NCBI GenBank assembly: GCA_003971905.1
Contig: RSEE01000122.1
Coordinates: 124,001-181,046 of the forward strand
Direction: 5' to 3'
Length of the DNA: 57,046 bases
From: Moniliella sp. 'wahieum'
Taxonomy: Eukaryota
Numbering within the stretch: the first letter of the stretch is position 1; each line of letters starts with the position of its first letter. Positions 25,455 through 38,662 of the stretch are shown here, piece after piece. The translations under genes and the position numbers were made by a program. The notes under the pieces are model-generated. The model had not been told where the DNA came from and made no database searches. It was given only the letters and a program-made list of their open reading frames with translations.

Positions 25455-26407
25455 GCAACTCTTCCCCTTGCTTCTTCCTTCAGTTTTCTCCACGGTATCA
25501 CTGTTATTACGCCAACTGCTGCGCCTTTTCCGTGTATACTCCCCCCCCCCTTTTGTTGATATCCTTATTAATCCGGTTCCTTACGCTACCTCACGCCCCC
25601 CTTGACCCTCTCTTCACACCGACTGTTCGTTGCTGGAGGAGAGGAGGATACAAGGTAACGACTACGTTCCAATATTACTTTTGGTGGCCTGTACTTTGCT
25701 CTCCATCTAGGTCGACCATCGAATGATCTACCTCTCGCTGTGCCATATACAGCTCACGAAATGCGGGTATGAGCAGAGATGTTAGTAGTATAGGTCGATG
25801 ATGGTTGGTGGTGTGCACTCTTCCATTGATCCGACTATACTCTCCCGGTGTATGCTTTCCTCCCAGAGCTCAGAGTCGTATCCTACGGCTCGACGAGAGG
25901 AAGATTAAACACTGTGCCCCCAAAAGGCATCATACACAGTATATAGTTGTGTGCGCGGCGGCCCCGTTTCGCCGCTGTTCCACCCCTCCTTATTCGCGCC
26001 TCCGGGAACCCTCCCCCTGATTGCATCCCCACAACTTCTGTCCCTGTGCCTTGCCCGTCTCCGCCAAGTTGATGAACTAATAACAAACGGCCAGACCGCA
26101 TATAACCTTCCTTCCACCAGTTCCTTCCTTTTTTTGCTGTAACCTTCCGCGTGTGCTGATCGGCGGAGCGGCGGAAGAGACCGTTGGCATTGCGATATTG
26201 TGGACAGCTCCGACACATCTTCACTATCATCACTGCTAAGTCTGCCGCCCGCCGAGTGCTGCTACTACTACTAGCCTTTCCCTTCAACGACAAGGAACAT
26301 GATCACGGTGGATATTAAAGGAATATATCGGTGGACGTTTTGGCGATGACTCGACCCAGCTCTTCGCATTGTGGATCGTTCCGCGTGAAGAAAAAAAGAA
26401 AAAAATC

Positions 26408-26502
26408 AGGAGTAGGTCGGACTTGAACCAACGACTTCAAGATAAAACTGCTCAATCATAGAGAGTTGCAATCTCACACGCTAACCGCTGCGTCACTACT
26501 CC
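26408..26502 (-). tRNA. tRNA-Cys(GCA) with a 22-nt intron (26444-26465)
   Basis: Acceptor stem GGAGTAG/CTACTCC; D arm ACGC/GCGT; anticodon GCA with intron at position 37/38; T arm GTTGG-TTCAAGT-CCGAC; U discriminator; downstream T run. Confidence 0.93.
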
Positions 26503-26997
26503 CGATAGGAACGATGAGATACTTTAATACTTAGTTTTAGGATGCGTTTGGTGTTGTCCGACCTTGTCATGACAATCCAGGACCCCATCTCCCAGAAGGA
26601 TTCCGTTCGCTTCACACCCGCCTTTTGTTCCGAGGCCATTACGCGTTACGGGTCTTCAATGCCAATGTTATCTCAGATCTCAATATTCATCTGTAGTTGA
26701 ATCTCACAACCGGCCTTGCCTCTCCTACCATTTTTCTCCCATCACTCTTCTGCCCTGTCGACCAACTTTGAAGCCGCTAAGCAACGTTTTCGGATTCATC
26801 AATTCATCAACAGGCAAGCCTAGCAACCGAGCACGATAAATAGCATGACGAGACAGCATTGTGGGCTGCAGTACCGAAGCATTCTTCGCATCGCGCGCGG
26901 TATAGTATGGAGAGGGTTTACTTTGGCTTTGGCTTTAGCTTTTGGCGGGGAGGGGTGGTGTTTCGTTTTTTTTTTTTTTTCTTTGTGGGTGTGGTTG

Positions 26998-29407
26998 TTA
27001 CACGGGGGCGTTGCAACTGAACGAGGACGAGATGGCGCCACTGGATTCGAACGCACTCTTGATGGACATGGCCGCGGCGTAGAGACCGAGGCCACTCATG
27101 GTCAACCCACCCAAGCCCATGAGCAAAACAAAGTTCTTGATGATCCAAGCGGGCATGCGAATGCCACGGGGCAGGTTGTACATTCCACCACCAAACAAGC
27201 CCCGACGCAATCGGCTCCACTGGGTCCACTTGTCCACTCGCGTTGAGCCCATGCCCGGTGCCCATTCACCATCGGCTTTGAGTGCGTCGGCGTGGACGAG
27301 CCAGGTCCAGAGGAAGATGAAAGGCAATGTGTACCTGCAATCACAATCAAGGGTCAATGTTAGTCGTCCGTCGTACCCCAAAAGTCTCGGGGACCCATCC
27401 GAAACATAGCGCCCAGCAATAACCACTGGAGGAAGAGACGAAGAATACATACGAAAAGTTAACAATCGCAATGGCCGAAATCAATCCTGAGAGGGAGTTG
27501 ATCTGAGGAATAGCAGCACCAATAACAAACGCCAAGGCCCAAAACATGACGGACCAAATACACCACACCACCGCGCCGCGCTTGGTGAACATCGAGGGTC
27601 CATGAGCAATGTCTTCAACAATGCTGCGGTAGCTGACCCGGATACCGACATTGCCATAGATGGCCGCGGCGATGATGGCAGTGAGGATGCTCATGATGTT
27701 GCACGCGGTCAAGGCCGCGCCTTCAGCCATGATCTGGTACCCGATCGACAACGAATATTGACCTCTGGTGTGATAAACACAAAGAAAGAGGAGGCACTCG
27801 CAGTCAGTATACCAAATGTGCGCGAGTGGAAAGATTCAAAGATGCCCCAACGACGTACCTCCTCCACTGTAGATGACACAAGCGTACATGACATATACGC
27901 AGTAAATCACCAGCTGGGCCATGCAGCAACCCTTCCAGAACGACTTTGGCTGCTTCATTTCCGACATGATCTCGGGGAAGATCATTGCACCACCATAGGC
28001 AAACACGAGGAGGTTAACACCTTGGATTTGGTCTGAAATGTCCAAGTGCGGCCAAGCCGATTGGGTGGGTGGGTTGGCGTTGACTTGGGCCACCGGTATG
28101 CCCAATTGCGCTGCTACCCGTACTGGCCGAAAAGCCTTCGACTTTGATCACAATCATACTGTGGTTGCATCAAACATGTGGTTAGTTATAGTCCTCGCCA
28201 AATAAGTAAAGCCGTGCCAATAGAGAAACAGTGCTGTTCAATATGCAAACACGGCAGCACGAAAAAAGACGTACCTAACAAGGACAATGATCCAGTTGAG
28301 GATGGTAGAAAGTTGCTCAGGTCGACAAACCACGCAGAGAGCGAACTGGGCAAGGAATGGTCAGACTGTGCATACGGAGTTATGGTATGGATAAAGAGGG
28401 GGGATGACGTACTCTGAGCAAGCACCATACCAATCAGGGCAAAGATGAGTACGGCCACAGCAAAGCAAAGATGTGCTTGTTGTACTGCATGATGATCTGG
28501 TCCAACGCTTGACCGTTGCTCAACACCAACAGACCGCAGTTGACAATCAGCTGAAGAAATTGGAGCACCGAGATCAAGTGGCGCATCCATGGCCCCATCA
28601 ACCGTTGACCAATGTCACCGTACGTCTTGATGGGGAACCGGGACGAGTCGAGGTTGAGAAAGAGCCATTGAAGTGCCACGGCTGCCGCTGATGCACAAGC
28701 GCCAAACACGAAAAACAGAATGTTGCCTGGTCGAACGGTCACAACAAAGGTCAGATTGGGGACTTTCGTTTTTTATCCAGACTCCCACAGCACCCCGGGA
28801 TGAGATGAGAAGAGAAGAGAAATGGGAAGAAGACGTACCTTGTGCCCAGCCATTTTGGCTCATGCCGTACGGGGCCGAACTAGGTCCGAGAATGTCGGTG
28901 GTGATGAGGAAAAAGACACTGGTGGCACCGGCGATGCGCATGGTACGTGCGGTGGTGAGCGATTCGAGTGTCTTGGGATCGGTGATGCCCTCAAATTGAG
29001 GGGTGGACAGGTCGGTGGTAAATGTTTCGGGCTTGGCATCGAGGCCCTTTTCGTCAATGGAAGCAAGTGGGGATTCGTCCAGTGCGGCCGGCCCGGGCGG
29101 GCTTACGCTTGGACCAAGGCCCTTTGCGGTACAAGCCCTGGAACATGGAGACGATGTTGAAGCCCTCGGGCAAGTGGCCCTTGAGCTCTTCTTGCCGTTC
29201 CTCCTCCCGCTGGACCTTGGCCCAGTAAATGTACTCTTCGAGCGAGACCGAGTTGTCAGCGGGGTAAGTCATGTCGGTCGACCCAATGTCGTACGACGGC
29301 GTGTTTTCCATGTCTTTCAGATCCGCCTCGGCGAGGGAGTGGATCAGGTCGTCGCGCCCAGGAGCGGGCTCCTGCAACGCCAGGCCGGCGAGGTTGCCAC
29401 CAAACAT
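26998..29407 (-). CDS. AAAP (Aa_trans) family amino acid permease
   Basis: VFFLITTDILGPSSAPY; FPIKTYGDIG; LVFAYGGAMIFPEIMSEMKQP; AAIYGNVGIRV; FVIGAAIPQ; ends FSCNAPV-stop. Several introns and indels. Confidence 0.92.
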
Positions 29408-32112
29408 GGGGAGTGTGAGAAGGAGGGGGGAGAGGTGGGTGTGGGTGTGGAAAGAAGGAAGGAGGAAGGTGGCCCGGCCCGAACGTATCTTGTCTTCGGA
29501 CGATTATATAGGACCGTCGGGCTCAAACCAAATCGAACTTTGTCTGGGCAGGGGGTTTGTCGGGCGGACAACCAGTGTCCTCTCGTATCTTGGCAACGCC
29601 CATCCGAATACTTCTTGCCGGGAAGGACGCCGCAGCAGTGGTCGTCTCTCTCTTGCGGCACAGGCACCTGCCAGTACTCCGTCGGCAGATGCAGCCATCG
29701 CAGGGTAGTAAGCCTCAGGGAGGCCTCAGTAGCCCGTCGGACCACGCGCCAGGGACCAGACATCACGCATCCATCCACACCGACGCAGGCGCCGACAGCG
29801 GGCAGGCGCCCCCTGGAGGCCGGTGGCCAGTGACTAGTGACTAGTGCCGCGGAACGCGTAACGAGCGTCGCCTGTGACATGTGTGACACTGACAGTGCGA
29901 CCATGTGAATACAATGCTGAGCGGCTGAGCGCTGGCGCTGAGGCCGGGAGGGCTAACCGCTGAATCGGGCACCTGTATGAGGGCACGGCGCAAGTGTCCT
30001 GCGGCTCCCAAACGCGCTTGTCCCGGCTCGCGCAAGGCACCCCATCAGTGTGCAGGCTGCACCATGTGCTTTGGCGCCCGAGCGAGCGCAGCACGCACAC
30101 ACACTGCCGCCGCGCCCGCTCGGCGCAATGTGGCGGCTTTCGCCCGGGGGCGGGACAAGGCAGGCCAGCCACGCGAACAGTGGCGCGCTGGCGGGTCAGG
30201 CCTCAGACTAACCCCTCAGGCCTCAGGGCGGGTGCTCGCCGGCCGGCTTCCACCTGGCCACCACCGGGCGCAGCACTGGCGCAGCACGGGCGCAGCACGG
30301 CGCCCGTGTGGAGGAGCCGCGCCAAAGTGGAGTGCTCGGCCAATTAGGAACCTCAACGCGTCATCCATCACTGATCCCCAGTGCACGTGACGTGTCGCAA
30401 GTGACGCGTGATCGGCTCGAGTCAGAGACAAGCCACTTTCCCCGTCAAATTAGTAATGTGAGTGACCGTGAACAGGTGAACCCAGCTCTCATCGATCTCA
30501 GCCTTCTCAGTCTCACTCTCCCCCCGCCCCTCGCCCTCGCCCTCGCCCCTCGCTCATCGCCCATCGCACGCTGAGTGCTGAGTAAATGTTGCACAATCTG
30601 CTCACGCTCAGCCTCGCGTGGAACGCAACCCAGTAAGTACCTAAACGTACATCATCCTCCTCAGGGCTCGGCTGAGCGCTGGGGCTGAGCCAGGCGCCTT
30701 AACTTTACCGATTCGCATCACCAGTCACTGCAAACAGCGCAAAACACATTCTTCGTGCTTGTAGGCCGACATTGACTAGTGACTATTGATATTGACTTTG
30801 CACAGGAGAACTCGCCCGCGAGAGACTCGCGTTTTGTATTTCGCCACAATGCCCCTGTAGCGCAAGCTCAGCCTCGCGTCGATGAAGGGTTAATTATAGT
30901 ATCAATCAGGTACCTTTTGGCAGTAGGAACACAGCGGAGGTCGTGGGTCCTGGACCCTCGAGCTCGTCATCGACGCATCGGCCTCTCCAGCTTCCTCTGC
31001 AGTCGCATTAACTGCATCATGCGATGCAGTTGCATTGATCTCTTTCTTACACAGCCGCACGAACGCGAAGGACTGACTATAATGAGCGTGAGCACTGGGC
31101 ACCCGTCATCGATCCGCGTCATCGAGCGTCCTACAAAAACCTCGCCCACCGGCCCCAATGCCGCGGGAAGGGTGTGTATGTAGAAAGCAGGTTGGGAATT
31201 GATAAAAGAAGGAACAAAAAGAAGCCAAAACAGGCTGAATAAAAACCGCGCACCATGGGGTTCACCTGGTGTTCCTGTTGCCCCGGTCTCCCCTGGGGCC
31301 AAGTGGGGCCTGGACTTGATGCTTGAAGCTTGATGTTTGATCTAGGATGCCCCTGAAGATAAGGACCACATGTATATGTCCATGTGCGGCTGCACAGGAT
31401 GCATGCGCGCTTTTTGTATTGGCACTAGCCCGGTGGCTGTTCTCTCAGCACTTCCAAAGCTCCACGCGTTCAACGTTCAGCGTCTCAACAGCTCAGCGCA
31501 TCGGGGCTCAGCCTGAGCGTTCTGCGCCCTGCGCTGGAAGACACAACACGTTTTTCAGATGTGTGGGCTAAGCGCTAAGGCACGATTGATACGTTGATAC
31601 GTGTACCTGGACGCAAAACAGAAGCTCCACGCGTCAAAGAGATAACCGATCACACCAAAAACGGAGTCATCGTCATCGCTTGATGACAAGACAAAGCAAG
31701 AGGCACATGTGGATGGGGTGGTGGGCGCGGTGTGACGCGGTGACGCGATGGCGGGATCTAACTGAGGAGACGAGACCCAAGATATAGGTTGAGACTCAGC
31801 AAGAGTCAGCTAGTCAGGCTTCAAGTTGAAGCTTGAAGCAAGTGGGGATAAGATACGAACGAGAACACCTGCTAGAGTGCTGTATGAGAGGTCTGAGTTT
31901 GGATGATCGATTCAGGAGGTCACTGTGTCGTCGGAGTACTGATACTGAGTACTGACGAGAGTATGCTGAGCTCCGCGGGGCGTCGCATCCATGTCTCGGC
32001 AACTGCCGGAGCCAACCTCTGGAGAATCCCATGTGGGGTACCTCTTGCATCATGCCCCAGGCCTCATGTAACACAGGGGGTACAGCACCGTGGGTAAGGA
32101 AGGCTAAAAGCA

Positions 32113-32460
32113 CTAATAAAAAGCCATTTGGGTTACAGAAACTTGACTACTCAAGGAATTGTGGAAACTAGGATCCTCATGCTGCCTCCTAATGTAATGT
32201 GTTTTTGAGAGTATGTTGGGTGTTGAGTGTCCCAAGGACCTAGAACCTGAAAGTGTCTGTGTGATCCACAGGACCGGGGGAGAGGGCAGGACTGGTGTAC
32301 CTATTAGTAGTCTCTGTACCAATAGATAGCCTACTAGCACACCTTGTACTCGTTGAGCTGTGAACTTGCGTATATATTGCACGTTTTGCTGCCGTTCAAT
32401 GAACGTGACGTGTAAAAGAGGTACACACACAACTGGGCACTATCTTCCCCCTTTCAAACT
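32113..32460 (-). mobile_element. Possible Ty1/copia integrase C-terminal relic
   Basis: LHVTFIERQ...RKFTAQRVQGVLVGY resembles the copia integrase SH3-like motif (K...ra..GvfvGY). No other retroelement domains seen. Confidence 0.3.
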
Positions 32461-33468
32461 GGGCTCCAAGCGGCAAGCTTCAGGCTTCCTAAGCTATAGC
32501 CTAGTACCATGTGGGTTTTAAGCGGCAATTGCCGCCATTTTTCCCTATGCAAATGCACGATATCCACCAGGCCCGTCGTGCCTCAGGCCGACCTCATGGA
32601 TCATCAGGCTGAGGCCTCAGGCCCAGGTATCGAAGGTATCGTCGGATGTTACTGATGGATGAATCATCAACGACATCATCATCAAGGATCTCGATCAATC
32701 ATCGGCATCCTTCCATCGTGGGTCCGGTAACGGCCGGCAGCTGGTAACCGGTAACTATGTTGCGGCTTTTTGCCCCACAACAGCAAACCACAGCATACTC
32801 TTGGTCAACCACAGTCACAAGTCAACGATAGTGCTCGTCACTCGTCACATGGTCACTGGTCCGTCATGCATCCCACATCACACATCCATACTAACATGCC
32901 ATCCATGACAGTGCATCATTGCATCGGTTGCCTGGCACGCCCAAGGGTCGAGCGCAGTTCTTCTCGATCCTATCGACCATCCTTCTTGCTCGCCTATCAA
33001 CTGTTCCTCGCTCTGGACTGGTGTGCTTGCTCAGAGCAAAACTGCGTACCTGCACTGGATAGACCGCCGTCCGGGTCCTGGCTGAGATCTGAGATGCTGC
33101 GCTGATGGAACGCCAGGGCCATTCCGTTATCGGCATTATCGCCATTAATCGGTGTTTTATCGATTATCAAGACCTCAGCGGCTCAGCAGAACAACGCAGA
33201 ACCAAACCGCTGCATTCTCTCCAAACCCCACCAGCGGCGCTGAGGCCCTGAGCCGAAGGCTTCCTAGTCCGGCTGAGCTCAGCGTCAAGCGAGCATGGGT
33301 GTTTCGCGCCGTGGACGGCAATCGATGATGCATGTGTGCATGATACGTGGATGGATGGACGCTCCTCGACGGGCCGAACCTCGATGGACAAACATCATCA
33401 GCGATCAGCGCCATCTTTGACGCTGTCGATGGCGGCCAGCATGGGAGATGTGGAAGGAAGGAAGGAAT

Positions 33469-33542
33469 GATGGATGGATGGATGGATGGATGATGGATGG
33501 ATGGATGGATGAGGATGGATGGATGGATGGATGGATGGATGG
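33469..33542. repeat. (GGAT)n microsatellite upstream of the septin gene
   Basis: Interrupted GGAT run of about 75 bp. Confidence 0.95.
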
Positions 33543-33844
33543 GAGCGTGGTGGCTCCCATCCCACAAGCACGTGACTGCGTCCTCCCGGGCGTTCCGCCC
33601 GGCGGGTGAATATTGAATTCCGCTGTGTCTCTGGTGCTGCGGGGGGTTAGGGTTGGGCGCCACAGCGCGCGACACGCGGATACCTGGGCCGGTACTGGCG
33701 CGCGGGCGGGGGGGACACTGGCCGTGTGCGGGCGAGGCGGACAGCGGCGAGGGCAGCTGTGATCGCCAATCGCTCCACCCGCTCCAGTTGCAATTCCTAT
33801 TCCACCTCCACCTCCACCTCCCCCACCACCATCCCGCCCCCACC

Positions 33845-34983
33845 ATGGCCACGTCCACGCCCGCCAGCATTGGGATTGCCAACCTGCCCAACCAGCGGCA
33901 CAATTGTCGCCAAAGAGGGCGGGCACTTTACGCTGATGTGTTCCGGCGAGAGCGGGCTGGGCAAACGACGTTGATCAACACGTTGTTCAGTACCGAGCTT
34001 GCCGCCGGGCCAACTACCAGCAAGCGCCATCTGCGCCAGATGGACCGCAACGTGGAGATTGACATTATCAAAGCCGAGTTGGAGAGAAGCAGTTCAAAGT
34101 CAAGCTTCTGTTGTGGACACGCCCGGTTTGGGGACTATGTCAACAACCGTGACTCGTGGACGCCGATTATTGAGTTTATTGATGACCAGCATGAGCTGTA
34201 CATGCGGCAGGAGCAGCAGCCCGAGCGGGGACACAAGACCGACATGCGTGTTCATGCGTGTCTGTACTTTATCCGTCCCACGGGCCACACACTGAAACCG
34301 TTGGACATTGAAGTGATGAAACGGCTCGGCACGCGGGTCAACTTGATCCCTGTCATTGCCAAGGCCGACACGCTTACCCAGACCGACCTGGCCACTTTCA
34401 AGGCACGTATCCGCGCTGTCATTGCTCACCATGGTATCCGCATTTACAACCCCGCCTGTGGAGGAGGACGATGCGGCAAGTGCGGAGCTGGCGCGGACCC
34501 TGTTGGCCGCTATTGCCGTTTGCCGTGATTGGGTCGACGGACGAAGTGCAAACGCCCGATGGGCGGGTGGTCAGGGCCGTGCTTACCCGTGGGGCGTGAG
34601 TGAGGTGGAGAACGAAGCGCACTGTGACTTTAAGAAACTGCGTTCGCTGCTCATTCGGACTCACATGCTCGACCTGATCTCCACGACGGAAGAAACGCAT
34701 TACGAGAACTACCGTACCACGCAATGGAGACGCGCAAGTTTTGGGGAGCCCAGGTGCGCAGTTGGAGAACCCAAGTTCAAGGAAGAGGAAGAACTGTTTG
34801 CGCAAACGGTTTACCGAACAGGTCAAACACGAAGAAGCTCGCTTCCGCCAATGGGAACAGCACTTGATTGCCGAACGCGACCGACTCAACAAGGACCCCT
34901 CGAAAGTGCCCACTCGGCCATCAAGCAACTCGAATCCGAATTGGACCATATGGCTCGTACCAGCGTCCACGACGCGGCGTTAA
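33845..34983 (+). CDS. CDC12: Septin, Cdc12/Spn4/AspC class
   Basis: [76 protein letters not shown]-terminal [20 protein letters not shown]. Confidence 0.93.
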
Positions 34984-35777
34984 GATGGGATCCCAGGCTG
35001 GTACCAATCCTCTTCCTCTTTCTCTCTCTCTCGCTTCCTTTTCCTTTCCCTTTCCCTTTCCCTTTCCTTCCCGTCCGTTCCGGCCCTTTCCCCCCTTCCT
35101 TCCTTCCTGCCGCCCACTCGTCCTCTTTCTGCTTGGGGCGGCCTGCACGGCGTCTTGTCTTTCTTCTTCCTAGCTCCTTTCTATGCCCGGTCCTACTCTG
35201 CACCTCTGCCGTGCGAAGGGATGTGGTAGCAAAAAAGGATGGCGGGTACGTTGGCCTGGCTGGCGCCCATTTCTGTATTCTTTCTACCGACAGCATGAGA
35301 GCGTCCCATATGTGCCGCTGTGGACCTGCTTTGTGACACTGTGAGGCAGAGCGCCCAGAGGCAGATAGAATGGAACTGGACCCAGGACCAGGTAGGTGCA
35401 TAGCCGAGCCTGGGCGGTCGGCTAAGGTTGCGTTGACCCATTTATCTGTCGGCCTTGGGCCTTACCTTGCTCCGGGGACGGGGGGGGGGGGGCAGGAGGG
35501 CCGTGTTGGTTGCTGCACTTGTCTGCGGTCTCGGGAGGGGGAAGATCGGAGGCCAACTGCGGGGGCGGGGGGCGAGAGACAAACCAAGTCCTGCCCGGCG
35601 GATGGCCGGAACTCCTCGGCTACTCCAACACCTTCACTTACCTACCTCTGTAAAGCCACACGACAACCCCATCTCCCATCTCCCATCTCCATCTCCCATC
35701 TCCCATCTCCCATTTCGCATTTCACATTTCGCATCTCACCTGGACACGTTTACGCGCCACGTGGCTCGCACGGCACC

Positions 35778-38356
35778 TTATGCCGGGACCCAGTCGCGTT
35801 GCCCTTGACGGCCTGTTGCATCAAGCGCGTCACGTCGTCTGTTGGACCGGACGCTCGTGCGCGTGAGGCAGGCAGGCGACGTGAGTTTGGTTGTAGCTGT
35901 GCTTGTGCTTGTGCTTGTGGTTGGGATGGTAGTTTGGGTTGTGGTGATGGTTGAGCACGGCTGGTGAGAGCGTAGGACGTGCGATGCAGATTGGGGAGGG
36001 AGTTTACCCGGTCTCCGCGCGGCCGAGGAGGTGAGCGAGGAAGAGGAGGACTTGTTGCCGCGCGCGAACCAAGCTGCAGGCAGTTGGTGGCGCGCTACGC
36101 CTCCTGACGAAGCAGCGGGGTGTTGCTTCCCCTCGTCCCGATCGCCTGCCAAGTTGGACAAAGTATATCGTACCCGGTCTCTTCTTCCTCATCCTCATCC
36201 TCTTCCGCGTCCTCGTGGGCTTGGGAACCGGTATGCTGTCGTGCTTGGTAAGGTGCTTTGGATTGTATGTTGGGCTGGGCTCTTGCTTTTGCTCTTGCGG
36301 TTGCGGTTGTGGGTGCGCCAAGGCCGGGTTGAAGTTTGCGTGGCGGACTGATGAACAACGAATCGTCTTCGTCCTCATTGGCGTCCCAGGTAGTATCGTG
36401 TCGAGCATAGCGCGAGCGCGCTTTCCCAATGCTGAGGTTGATCGGGCCGACGCCGCACCCACTCCCACTCCCACTGCCACACCCTTTCCCTTTGGCTTTA
36501 CGGATGCGGGTCCGGACCCCGCGCGTGCTCCAAAAGCGAATGGGAGTGAGCGAGGGGTCTGAGGTGACGGTTGGGAACGACGATGGTCCATCTGTGCGAG
36601 TTGAGCTTGGAGAGCATCGATTTCATTCTGCTTGGAAACCAATTTAGTTTCGCACTGGGACAATTTGCGTGTCAAGCGGTCCAAGTAGTGGCCATGCGTA
36701 TATTTTTATTGTGTGTAGCAGCCTTTTGTTCCAGTGCGATCGACCTTGCATGTTCAGCTTCTTGTTGCGCCTGTGGGCCGCTTGAACACGTTGCTCGGCC
36801 TCACGTTGTGCCCGAAGAAGATTCTGTTGCGCTTCGCGACGCAGTCGGACTGTCGTTTCTAATTCCAACGCGAGGGAATGACGTTCTTTGGCCAACTGGT
36901 CCTTGCCCTGCTGTAGTTTAGCATCGGCTGCTTTGGCTTCCGCTAGCAATCGCACCCCCCCCGCGTCATGCGCCTTTTTGGTCTGGTGCAAGTCGCGGCG
37001 CGTTTGGCGCAGCGAAGCTCGTTCAGCTTGCAGTGCAGCTTGGTCCGCGGCCAGAGCGGCTTCGGCTTGGTGGAATAGGTGGGTGCCTGTTTGACTTTGT
37101 TGTAGCACACGGTGCAGCTCGGCGCGCACACGTTCCGTCTCATGCAGCGCGTTGGTAAGGCTGTTCATGGCGTCCTGGTGTCCATGCCCAGCACAGAGGG
37201 AGGCAGAGGGAAAACAAAAGGAAATGGAAAGGCGAGGGGAGGGGGGGGAGAGTCAGTTCCACAGATCCACCGAATGCAGCCGTACCATCCTCGTCCTACT
37301 TTGCTCCCGTCCTACCGAGCCGTCATGGGCACGAGGAAGGCACAAGGAGCAATGGGAGCAAACAGGAACGAAAGGGAAACAAGGCAGGGGGGAAGAGGCA
37401 GGAGGCAGGAAGGGCCCAGAGGGGAGAAGGGGGGGACGTACAGTTACCGGAGCCATTTCAGCTTGCTTATTATCCGGCCAAAACCGGGAGGAAAGCACAC
37501 ACTTTCCTTGCTGCATGAGGCAAGGCATACAAGCGCAACCCATGTGCTGCCACCACATACTCTTGCAACGCCAGATGAAACTGGACGAGGTGGTGGAGAA
37601 GTATCGCTCGCCTCGGCGGGCCAGCGGGCACGAACGATAGCTTGGTCCCGTTGGGCACGGTGACGTTGTTTGGCGTGAGGGCGGGGCGAGCGGTCTGGGC
37701 GAGGCAGGCGCGGTAGACGGGACGAGTGGGACGAGCGGGAGCGGTGGGCATGGGAAGAGGCTAGTGCGGAAGGCGCTACCTCGTGACTCAACCGCGCACA
37801 GGGCGAGCTGTCCCTCTTTTTCCCCCTCCCTATTGTGGTGGTGGCGTTGTCTCCAGACAGGATTGGGATTCCGAATCCGAATCCACGTCCACGTCCACGT
37901 CCAAGTCCAAGTCCGATTCGGAGTCGGTGTCTATGCCCGAGTGGGTATCGGTACGGGTGGGGCGGGGAGGACGAGCGAGGGGAAGCGGGGCGGGGAGGGG
38001 GACATCGTGCGCGGCAGGAAGGGCGAGACGCGCGACCAGCACGTTTCCGCCTCGGGGGAGCTGGGCGGGAGGGGCAGGCGGTCGAGATCAAGGGAGGCAA
38101 GGGAGGCAAGTGGGATGGGGTGGGCAGAGGGAAGGCTGCGCAGTTGGGTGTCCAAGTCGGCCGGGTCAGAGGGAAAGAGACGGATGGCGTGTGCACCAGC
38201 GTGCTTGCACTGCGGACAGTGCGCAAAGTGCACGTCCCCGAGCGAGACAAACCATTGCGTGATGCACTTGTGGTGGAAAATGTGCCCGCAGAGCAGCGCG
38301 GTGGGCGGGTTGTCGGACCCGCTGCCCAGGCTGCCGAGGCAGATGGAGCAGCCCAT
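35778..38356 (-). CDS. N-terminal RING-finger plus coiled-coil protein (putative E3 ligase, TRAIP-like layout)
   Basis: MGCSICL...LCGHIFHHKCITQWF...CPQC; long heptad-rich Q/E/A/R region at 36570-37170; low-complexity tail. 3' end uncertain. Confidence 0.7.
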
Positions 38357-38662
38357 GGGTGGGGCGGGGGTGGGGATGGTGGTAGAGATGGGGATGGTGG
38401 TAGAGATGGGGATGGGGATGGGGGATGGGGATGGTGGTGTGGTGGCGAGGGAGATGGTGGTGGTGTGGTGGAGAAGAGGGTGGGATGAGAGGCTGTCGCG
38501 TCGCTGGCGTGTCGCGTCGCGTAGGGTTGGGGGGGTTAAGTGAAATTGCAATGGCCTACGAGCGATGATCGATGAGCAGCCGCAACAAAAAGCAGCACAG
38601 ATCCATCCATTCAGCCCCTCTGGTCCCACCACACCCACACACACCACACACACATCCCAACT

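Noticed and set aside
5229..29847. Inverted GCACTAGTCACTAG copies as termini of a 24.6-kb mobile element
   Set aside because: The same word recurs elsewhere (about 54970); no transposase or target-site duplication seen.
33644..33657. GGGTTAGGGTTGGG as an interstitial telomere or alternative template
   Set aside because: Under two perfect units in G-rich promoter sequence, with no supporting structure noticed.
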